From: an uncultured bacterium
Lineage (GTDB): Bacteria; Patescibacteriota; Minisyncoccia; Phycocordibacterales; GCA-2401445
Assembly: GCA_937952265.1 (NCBI GenBank)
Contig: CALFYW010000016.1
Span: 206,661 to 270,660 of the forward strand
Length of the DNA stretch: 64,000 nucleotides
Direction of reading: 5' to 3'
In this document: positions 56,969-64,000 of the stretch, piece by piece
Position numbering within the stretch: the first letter of the stretch is position 1
How the letters are laid out: every line of letters starts with the position of its first letter
Notes under the pieces: generated by a model
The model's database searches: none
The model's input: the letters and a program-made list of their open reading frames with translations, nothing else
Told to the model about the DNA's origin: nothing
Translations under genes and position numbers: made by a program

Positions 56969-58525
56969 ATGGTTACTGAAGCACTTTTAAGTTATATTCG
57001 GGCGCAGCGAAAAAGCGGCGTTTCAAAAGAGGAAACAGAAAGAGTTTTGCTTGCTAATGGATGGGAGCGTTCGGATTTATTGCAAGCCTATCGTGTGCTG
57101 GGTGAGGTGCCGGTTGCACCTCAGAAAATGAATCAGGTGAAAGAAAGTGCTCCCGTAGAAGAAAAAGTTGTGGAGGCGAAGGCGGTAGAGAAAAGCGGTT
57201 CGACTTCTTCCGAGCCTACACAGCCAGAAAATTCAGGAGGAGTGAAAGGCGCTATTGAAATTGAGCGGGCCGCGCTCAATAAGCCGATCGCGCAAGTTAA
57301 GAAACAAGAACAGACCTCTCCGCTTCAGGTGCACATTTATCCTGAAGCAAGAAAACATTCATCCAGTAAATTACTCCTCACACTTACCATCGCTTTCTTA
57401 GTGCTCATGTTTGGCGGAGGGGGTGCCTATGCGTATTTTTACTACATCGCTCCTTCGCCACAACGAGTCATTCAAAGCGCGATTCAAAATATGATTTCGC
57501 TCGATACGATTGCCTATCAAAGTAGTTTTCAGTATGAGTCTTCTTCTACACAAATCTGGCCTTCATATGACGATCCTGATAGTTCAATATTGTATGAAAG
57601 TGAACATGTAGGATCACTCGGAATTTCCGGAAAGAATGATTTTACCAATGTTGATGCGTTAAGTGGTTCACAAAAGTTCTCATTTGAGTTGGAGGGCAAA
57701 ACCAAGATTCAAAGTAGTGGGGTAGGAGATGATTTTGATAATGAAGAAGATGAGCACTCTCTTGAACTTGAAGGGGAATGGCGTTTTGTCGACAATACGC
57801 TTTACGTGGTATTAACCAAAATACCAGAGCTTTTTCTTTTATCTCCGGAGATGATTGATTATCTTGAGGGAATGTGGGTTTCTTTTTCTACTCAAGGTAT
57901 TGAAGAAGTTGCGGAAACACAAGGCGTTGATCTTGAGGTTCTCGAGAATGGGTCCATGCTTACAGATGAAGAACGTGCCTTACTGCGTCGTGAATTTTTT
58001 GAAAATAGTGCCCGAATATTTGAAATTACTGAGGTCATGCCGCGCGAGAAGATCGGAGAAACTTCAATGTATCATTATCGGTTCACGCTAAGTAGGGAAG
58101 GGATCAAGGAATATTTTGCTACCCTCGAAAAAATAGCGCTTTTTAGTGAGGAGGAAAGTTATGAGGTAGAGGAATTAAAAAAACAGGCTGAAGAGAGTTA
58201 TCTCTTGATTGATAAGATGCAGGAGATGCCAACCGGTGAGCTCTGGATTGGGCAGTCTGATCGGATGCTCCACCAATTCTCCCTCAATCTTTCAACAGAT
58301 ATGCTTCCCCTTGAGGTACTGGGAAATACTGATGATTCGCAAACTCATGGATCACTCAATATTGAAGTAAAATTTTTTGATTTTAATAAACCGGTGGTGG
58401 TGCCTATCCCACCTGACGCAAAGAGCTTTGAGGAAGTTCTCGAAGGGATTTTCTCTGATGAGTTACGTACTGAAAAAAATTTCATTTTTCCTGATTCTCC
58501 CCCTGAAGAATCGTGGTTTGAATAG
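56969..58525 (+). CDS. Single-pass membrane protein with an N-terminal GW helical domain and a large extracytoplasmic domain
   Basis: LLSYIRAQRKSGVSKEETERVLLANGW, TM helix, acidic beta-rich domain ending FDFNKPVVVPIPPDA. Confidence 0.7.
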   Translation: MVTEALLSYIRAQRKSGVSKEETERVLLANGWERSDLLQAYRVLGEVPVAPQKMNQVKESAPVEEKVVEAKAVEKSGSTSSEPTQPENSGGVKGAIEIERAALNKPIAQVKKQEQTSPLQVHIYPEARKHSSSKLLLTLTIAFLVLMFGGGGAYAYFYYIAPSPQRVIQSAIQNMISLDTIAYQSSFQYESSSTQIWPSYDDPDSSILYESEHVGSLGISGKNDFTNVDALSGSQKFSFELEGKTKIQSSGVGDDFDNEEDEHSLELEGEWRFVDNTLYVVLTKIPELFLLSPEMIDYLEGMWVSFSTQGIEEVAETQGVDLEVLENGSMLTDEERALLRREFFENSARIFEITEVMPREKIGETSMYHYRFTLSREGIKEYFATLEKIALFSEEESYEVEELKKQAEESYLLIDKMQEMPTGELWIGQSDRMLHQFSLNLSTDMLPLEVLGNTDDSQTHGSLNIEVKFFDFNKPVVVPIPPDAKSFEEVLEGIFSDELRTEKNFIFPDSPPEESWFE

Positions 58526-58564
58526 TGCTTGCATTCTTGGAGGGGCGCCGGCTATACTCTCGGT

Positions 58565-59131
58565 ATGCTCTATACCAAAAAAGGAGATGGCGGAACCACA
58601 AAGACGTTTGGCCCGGGCAAACCCCGCATTTCAAAAAATTCGCAAACCGCGCACGCGCTCGGCTCCCTCGATGAACTCAATGCTTTTTTAGGACTGGTTA
58701 AAATTCGCGCGGGAAGTGATGGATATCAAAGTATACGCGTTGGAAAGAATTTGTTTTTGAAAGACATTGTGTTTCAGATACAGCAGAGTCTTTTTATTGT
58801 TCAAGCAGAGCTTGCGGGAGCAGAGAAAACAATTACTGAAAAAAAGGTGAGGAATATGGAACAGCTTATTGATGTTATTGAAGCATCAATGCCACCAATT
58901 AAAACTTTTTTTATTTCAGGAGGTACCGAGCTTTCAGTGTTGTGTGATATCGCTCGAACCATGGCTCGCCGTGCTGAACGCGAAATAACGGGAGCAATTG
59001 ATTTGGGAGAGGTTACCGTCGGAGTACACACGCAGGCATACGTAAATCGGCTTTCCTCGCTGTTGTATGCGTTTACTCGACTCGTGAACCATGAATCTGG
59101 TATAACAGAAGAGCCGCCCACGTATGTATAA
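58565..59131 (+). CDS. pduO: PduO-type ATP:cob(I)alamin adenosyltransferase
   Basis: LYTKKGDGGTT, GSLDELNA, RTMARRAER, YVNRLSSLLY. Confidence 0.88.
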   Translation: MLYTKKGDGGTTKTFGPGKPRISKNSQTAHALGSLDELNAFLGLVKIRAGSDGYQSIRVGKNLFLKDIVFQIQQSLFIVQAELAGAEKTITEKKVRNMEQLIDVIEASMPPIKTFFISGGTELSVLCDIARTMARRAEREITGAIDLGEVTVGVHTQAYVNRLSSLLYAFTRLVNHESGITEEPPTYV

Positions 59132-59148
59132 TGTGTGCACGGCAGGAT

Positions 59149-59221
59149 GGTGTCTATGGTGTAATGGTTAGCACTAGGGCCTGTGGAGCCCTCAGTTCCG
59201 GTTCGAATCCGGATAGACACC
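59149..59221 (+). tRNA. tRNA-His(GUG)
   Basis: Cloverleaf with G-1:C73 pair; AGGGC-CTGTGGA-GCCCT. Confidence 0.93.
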
Positions 59222-59274
59222 CATTTTATTTCACTCAGTTGTTTTGTTTAGAAAGCTCTTTTACAATAAAGGTT

Positions 59275-59562
59275 GTGGTAAAGCGTATCCAATTTGATAA
59301 TGAGGCGGAAGCAGATCTCGGTATTGATGCTCCTTTTGAGATTTCTCGAGGAAGGAGGTTCTCTCGCTGGGTGAGCGAGAAGCTTAATTATCGAATAAGA
59401 GAAGATGAGGTGATGCAATGGATTGCTGGATCAGCCCTTTTTATCACCTCGGTTGCGTTACTCGCGGTATTTTTTTCTCCACGTGTCGGAATCAGCGAAG
59501 AGAGCTCGCGCCAAATTGAACATCTTGAGTCACAAATACATGTTGAAACATTCCGTTTTTAA
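59275..59562 (+). CDS. Small single-pass membrane protein
   Basis: GTG at 59275 lies 7 nt after TACAAT; one TM helix. Confidence 0.5.
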   Translation: MVKRIQFDNEAEADLGIDAPFEISRGRRFSRWVSEKLNYRIREDEVMQWIAGSALFITSVALLAVFFSPRVGISEESSRQIEHLESQIHVETFRF

Positions 59563-60127
59563 ATTTTCGTCAAAAGGTTTTACGCTCCTTGAATTATTGG
59601 TTGTCGTTGCAATCATTAGTATTCTTGTTTCAGTGGTGATTACCAGTATTTCATCTGCGCGTATTAGGGCACAGGAAGTGCCACGCGTTGCGGCGCTACG
59701 CGCTATTGCCTACGCGTTAGAATTATATGAGCTTGACCATGAAGAATATCCACATGCTCCTGATATAGCGTCAGAGAGCGATATTATTGTCTCTGGAACA
59801 CTCGATTGGACGGAGGGTCTCTCGGGTGTATTGGATCCTTATTTTGATACTGAATTTCCTAATGCGGTGTATGTGCCGGAAAGTGGACGGTGGGCTCACT
59901 TGAATTTATACCGATACACCGGTTCAAACGGTTCACGGTTCATAGCAATAAGTCTTCCGGGAGCATGTATCCAAATCTTTAATGGCTATTATCTCTGGAC
60001 ACTTCCGCTCATTTATCCCAATTATTTTTCCATGAATGATAATGGGGTAAGCCCGTACCTTTTTGAAATTATTGGTGGGGATTATCGTATCGTAAATCCT
60101 TCCGACTGTGGAAATTTTGATAGATAA
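59540..60127 (+). CDS. Type IV pilin
   Basis: KG/FTLLELLVVVAIISIL...ALELYELDHEEYP. Confidence 0.9.
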   Translation: MLKHSVFKFSSKGFTLLELLVVVAIISILVSVVITSISSARIRAQEVPRVAALRAIAYALELYELDHEEYPHAPDIASESDIIVSGTLDWTEGLSGVLDPYFDTEFPNAVYVPESGRWAHLNLYRYTGSNGSRFIAISLPGACIQIFNGYYLWTLPLIYPNYFSMNDNGVSPYLFEIIGGDYRIVNPSDCGNFDR

Positions 60128-60148
60128 GGGATCATTATTTTGCATTTT

Positions 60149-60220
60149 GCCCACATAGCTCAATGGATAGAGCGTAGCCCTCCGGAGGCTGAAATCGAGG
60201 TTCGAGTCCTCGTGTGGGCA
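60149..60220 (+). tRNA. tRNA-Arg(CCG)
   Basis: Cloverleaf; TAGCC-CTCCGGA-GGCTG. Confidence 0.92.
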
Positions 60221-60234
60221 CTGCACACTTTATC

Positions 60235-60996
60235 TTATGCGTGTTCGTGGCCAATTGTTACAAGGATCAGGCTGATAAGGATTGCCCCAAATAGAATCAT
60301 AAGAAAATGAATAAGGAATTCCTTGCTTGTGCCACGCCCCATTTTATTTCCGATGATATTTGGAAGCAGGTCAGATGACGCAAGATAGAGGAGGTTTCCA
60401 GCGGCAATGCCGATTAGAGGCGCCATAAAAAATTCACTTATTTGAATCGAGACGTAGCCAATAAGCGCGCCAATGATGATAGTTCCTGATATAAAGAAGT
60501 TAAATAGTAAAGCGCGTATTTTTGAATATCCAGCATGCGTGAGTACAAAAAACTCTGCAATTTCTTGAGGTAGCTCGTGCGCAGCGATACCGATTGCGGT
60601 TGCGATACCAAGTGTGGTATCGACGGCAAATGCGGTGGCAATAACGATACCATCAATAATGTTGTGTACCGCATCACCTAAAAGCACCATACTGCCCGCA
60701 TGGGAGTGTTCGTGGCTACACAAGTGGTCATGGTGATGATGATAAAGAGATGCGGTATGTGAAAAGAGAAGGAATATAAAGAAACCTCCTAAAATAAAAA
60801 TAGGAGCGTGTTCAGGATTGAGCTCAAATGCTTCTGGCACCAGATCAAAAAAGACAACCGCGAGAAAAGCGCCGATCGAGATACTCACCAAGTAGCTTAT
60901 TTTCTGTTGAATTTTCTCAAATCGGGAGAAAAAAATAACTCCCGTCAGAGAAAGTATCATAATCAAAAAGGTAGTAAGAAGTAGTTGCCACAACAT
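60235..60996 (-). CDS. ZIP family metal transporter
   Basis: His-rich loop, DAVHNIIDG, AHELPQE, SDLLP. Confidence 0.92.
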   Translation of the reverse strand: MLWQLLLTTFLIMILSLTGVIFFSRFEKIQQKISYLVSISIGAFLAVVFFDLVPEAFELNPEHAPIFILGGFFIFLLFSHTASLYHHHHDHLCSHEHSHAGSMVLLGDAVHNIIDGIVIATAFAVDTTLGIATAIGIAAHELPQEIAEFFVLTHAGYSKIRALLFNFFISGTIIIGALIGYVSIQISEFFMAPLIGIAAGNLLYLASSDLLPNIIGNKMGRGTSKEFLIHFLMILFGAILISLILVTIGHEHA

Positions 60997-61063
60997 AGCG
61001 CGCTGTCATCTTACCATATCATGGGAATAGTTTGCTATACTAAGTACAGTATTTTAAATAACC

Positions 61064-61414
61064 ATGTATTCACCTGAAATTATTTTTCTTGCGGGACTTC
61101 TAAGTATTTTTTCTTCGCCGGGGATCACTATTTTAATAATCGGATTCCTTTTGGCTGTGGTAGGAATGTATACGAAAAATAGAATTTTTTCTTTATGTTT
61201 TATCTTTTTCTGCTTCTTTTTATTTGCGAGTAATTTAAGTGACGCTGCGTTTATCGTGTTTCCGGAAACCGAAATATCTCTCTTTCTTCAGGATATGGGG
61301 AGTCGCGTAGAGCTTCTGTTGCATAACGCAGGTTTAATAGCGATTCCACTACTTCTTGGATTTTTGGGATTACGGTTTTCAACTCGCAAAATTGGACATC
61401 CGGATATTATTTAA
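61064..61414 (+). CDS. Small multi-pass hypothetical membrane protein
   Basis: Hydrophobic ORF with three TM segments. Confidence 0.55.
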   Translation: MYSPEIIFLAGLLSIFSSPGITILIIGFLLAVVGMYTKNRIFSLCFIFFCFFLFASNLSDAAFIVFPETEISLFLQDMGSRVELLLHNAGLIAIPLLLGFLGLRFSTRKIGHPDII

Positions 61415-61465
61415 CCCTCGGTAATCCCCAGGTGATTTTTGAAAAAATGTTACACTGTAGGTTGT

Positions 61466-62458
61466 ATGGAGATTTTTTTTAAAGGGCTGGTACTTCTCCT
61501 AGGTATTAGCGGGTTGCTTTTGTCACGGTACATTTTTCAAAAGAAAAGAGCGGGCAGTAAAATGGTGTGCCCCCTTGATTCTGATTGCGAAACTGTCGTA
61601 CACAGCGAATATTCAAAACTGCTCGGAGTCCCGCTTGAGGTTATCGGGATGGTCTACTACAGTTTTATTTCAATAAGCTACGTGGTATTTTTGTTTTCGC
61701 CGGAATCAGCAACAGAATTGTGGGTCTTCTCGGCTATTGCCATTACCACCACCGCGCTACTTTTTTCTTGTTATCTGGTAGGAGTGCAGGCATTTGCTAT
61801 TAAAGAGTGGTGTACGTGGTGTTTAACCTCGGCGTTTTTCTGTTTACTCATTTTTATTTCAATGTTGCTTGGTCTTGATGGTGGCTTACGCGGTATCTTA
61901 TTAGAGAATAAATTTTTGATCGGGATCATCCACACTCTTTCACTTGCGGTAAGTGTTGGGGCAATTAGTATGAGCTCGTTTCTCTTTTTTACTTTCTTGA
62001 AAGACCTACGAATTGCCGATTGGGAATCGGAAACCATGCGGACAACAGTTCAATTTGTGTGGTTTAGTATTGCGGTTGTGATTATGAGCGGTATCGGGGT
62101 ATATCTTCCGCATTGGGGGATTTTTCTTGCACAGGGTAAGCTCCCGGTGCTCCTCATCGCGTTTGTGGTTTTACTCGCGAGCCTGATCTGCGTTGATTTT
62201 TTAATTACTCCAACTTTAACGAGGATTTCGTTAGGAGAAAACCACACACATCAAAAAGGAGAACTCCTCTTTCTTCGCCGAGGGGCTTTTGTAGCGAGCG
62301 CGGTAGCGTGTGTTTCTTTTTATTTTATTTTTTCCGTAACATTTCTTGGTGGTGTGCTCATTTCATTTTCAACCTTAGTGTTAGGATACCTCGTGCTCCT
62401 TTTGTGCGCGATTGCGGGAGCTCTTATTTTCGAGAGGATTTTTAATACCCGCTCATAG
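61466..62458 (+). CDS. VKOR family disulfide-bond protein fused to an extra 4-5 TM domain
   Basis: CPLDSDCETVVHSEYS, GVPLEVIG, WCTWC (CxxC). Confidence 0.85.
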   Translation: MEIFFKGLVLLLGISGLLLSRYIFQKKRAGSKMVCPLDSDCETVVHSEYSKLLGVPLEVIGMVYYSFISISYVVFLFSPESATELWVFSAIAITTTALLFSCYLVGVQAFAIKEWCTWCLTSAFFCLLIFISMLLGLDGGLRGILLENKFLIGIIHTLSLAVSVGAISMSSFLFFTFLKDLRIADWESETMRTTVQFVWFSIAVVIMSGIGVYLPHWGIFLAQGKLPVLLIAFVVLLASLICVDFLITPTLTRISLGENHTHQKGELLFLRRGAFVASAVACVSFYFIFSVTFLGGVLISFSTLVLGYLVLLLCAIAGALIFERIFNTRS

Positions 62459-62527
62459 TAGAGGTGTTAGTTGACACAATATATTTTGTGGTATAATGGG
62501 TTCCTCATTATTATATTTTTGTAATTT

Positions 62528-63316
62528 ATGAACCACACATTGTTTGATCGATTAGTCGGGCCATCACGTTTATTGATTGCTGGTGCGGGGATCTTAATGG
62601 TTGTGCTTGCGGTAAATCATATTAAAGCGTTTCGTTATATTGGAAAAGATACTTCTTTTGCAAATACTATTTCGGTGAGCGGAGAAGGGGAGGCGATTGG
62701 TATTCCAGATATTGCCACATTCAGTTTCGGCGCGAGTGCGACTGACTTAGCGGTAAACAAGGCGCAAGAAAAAGTAACCACGACGATTGATAAGGCACTC
62801 GACTTTTTATCAGCGCAAGGCATTGAAGATCGCGATATTAAAACCACCAATTATTCTATCTACCCTCGATATGAATATACCCAGAGTCTCTGTGTTCAGG
62901 GGAATTGTCCTCCTTCTGGAAGGCGAACCCTTGCCGGGTATGAGGTTACCCAAACAATTGGGGTAAAGGTTCGGGACACTCAGAAAGTAGGTGCGCTTCT
63001 TGGTGGTCTGGGAGAACTCGGCGTTTCAAACGTGAGCGGTGTTTCCTTTAGTATTGATGATGAAGATGTGCTTATTCGAGAAGCGCGCAAGGAAGCAATT
63101 CAAGATGCACGTGAGAAAGCAGAAGCGCTTGCTCGAGATTTAGGGGTTCGTTTGGGTTCAGTGGTTAGTTTTTCTGAAGGGGGAGGAATTCCATATTATG
63201 CAAAGGCAGAAAGTTTTGATAGCGCTATGGGGAATGCTTCACCTGCGGCGCCCTCAGTTCCCGCAGGCGAGAGCACGATTACCTCATACGTGAACATTAC
63301 CTACGAAATCCGTTAG
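62528..63316 (+). CDS. SIMPL (DUF541) domain protein
   Basis: ISVSGEGE..GIPDIA, DIKTTNYSIYP, AIQDAREKAEALA. Confidence 0.9.
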   Translation: MNHTLFDRLVGPSRLLIAGAGILMVVLAVNHIKAFRYIGKDTSFANTISVSGEGEAIGIPDIATFSFGASATDLAVNKAQEKVTTTIDKALDFLSAQGIEDRDIKTTNYSIYPRYEYTQSLCVQGNCPPSGRRTLAGYEVTQTIGVKVRDTQKVGALLGGLGELGVSNVSGVSFSIDDEDVLIREARKEAIQDAREKAEALARDLGVRLGSVVSFSEGGGIPYYAKAESFDSAMGNASPAAPSVPAGESTITSYVNITYEIR

Positions 63317-63408
63317 GGTATTGTATGAGTAGTATGTCTCAATTACTTGACTTTTAACGGAGTTTTAGTAGTATAAAAACATGCCCGAGAGGGCTGTTTT
63401 TAATAACC

Positions 63409-63588
63409 ATGAAATTAATAGAATATTTTAAAGATGTGCGGGGTGAATTACGGCATGTCTCATGGCCAACTCGACGACAAGCAATGGTTTTTACCCTTGC
63501 GGTGATTGTGGTGTCAGTACTGGTTTCGCTCTTTTTAGGTTTCTTTGATTTCATTTTTACCTATTTGCTCGAAACATTTATTCTCTAG
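63409..63588 (+). CDS. secE: Preprotein translocase subunit SecE
   Basis: Manual translation MKLIEYFKDVRGELRHVSWPTRRQ followed by a TM helix; precedes nusG. Confidence 0.93.
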   Translation: MKLIEYFKDVRGELRHVSWPTRRQAMVFTLAVIVVSVLVSLFLGFFDFIFTYLLETFIL

Positions 63589-63594
63589 TTTGTT

Positions 63595-64000
63595 ATGAGT
63601 AAACAACATACTGATCAAGAACGACATTGGTATGCGATTCATACGTATGCCGGATACGAAAATGCAGTAGTGCGTAATTTAAAACAACGCATTGAGTCAT
63701 TAGGTATGGAGGATAAAATTTTTAATGTTTTAGTTCCTACTGAGAAAAAGATTAAGATAAAGAGCGGAAAACGTGTCGAAGAAGAAGAAAAGATTTACCC
63801 GGGGTATGTATTGGTTGATATGATTGTTACTGATGATTCATGGTATGTAGTGCGCAATACGCCTCGAGTTACGGGGTTTGTAGGTTCTGGGGTGCATCCA
63901 GTACCGCTTGATCAAGGAGAAATCGATGCGTTATTTGGACGAATGAATACTGATACCGTAAAACATAATATCGATCTTGATGTCAATGATGCGGTAACCA
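63595..64000 (+). CDS. nusG: Transcription termination/antitermination factor NusG (3' partial)
   Basis: WYAIHTYAGYE, KIYPGYVLVDM, VRNTPRVTGFVG. Confidence 0.95.
   Translation, partial: MSKQHTDQERHWYAIHTYAGYENAVVRNLKQRIESLGMEDKIFNVLVPTEKKIKIKSGKRVEEEEKIYPGYVLVDMIVTDDSWYVVRNTPRVTGFVGSGVHPVPLDQGEIDALFGRMNTDTVKHNIDLDVNDAVT

Noticed and set aside
59131..59274. N-terminal extension of the 143-aa ORF
   Set aside because: It overlaps tRNA-His; a GTG at 59275 with a properly spaced -10 box is the more plausible start.
1..64000. CRISPR array, rRNA genes, prophage or intact IS element
   Set aside because: I saw no regularly spaced repeats, rRNA-like stretches, phage structural genes or transposase motifs.

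Overview
The window is a core-chromosome segment from a small-genome bacterium, almost certainly Patescibacteria/CPR (Parcubacteria-like). Signs of this are the compact genes, short PolA and YebC, CPR-type T4SS-like and type IV pilus genes, and few Shine-Dalgarno sites. It spans the replication origin (jag-yidC-rnpA-rpmH <> dnaA-dnaN-dciA-like) and carries housekeeping genes (rpsO, pnp, tyrS, thrS, polA, holA, ruvABC, rpsT, rplS, secE, nusG) and 8 tRNAs. The main accessory feature is a complete diversity-generating retroelement (DGR) at about 42.9-45.7 kb. It has a target gene with a 112-nt VR, a GGAA-loop hairpin, a 112-nt TR differing from VR at 18 adenines and 2 non-adenines, an Avd, and a YCDD reverse transcriptase. 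Its layout is unusual: avd is antisense, lies between TR and RT, is head-to-head with RT across a G8/C8 tract, and has its stop codon in the loop of a bidirectional terminator just after TR. The cassette is bracketed by a duplicated 5' end of the neighbouring tRNA-binding gene. Other points of interest are a 6S-like ~190-nt rod RNA, a second candidate ncRNA, a 41-aa hyper-acidic microprotein, tRNA-Arg(GCG), pilins next to tRNAs, a recombinase scar after tRNA-Leu, and widespread leaderless-type promoters. All calls come from reading the sequence by eye; no searches were run.
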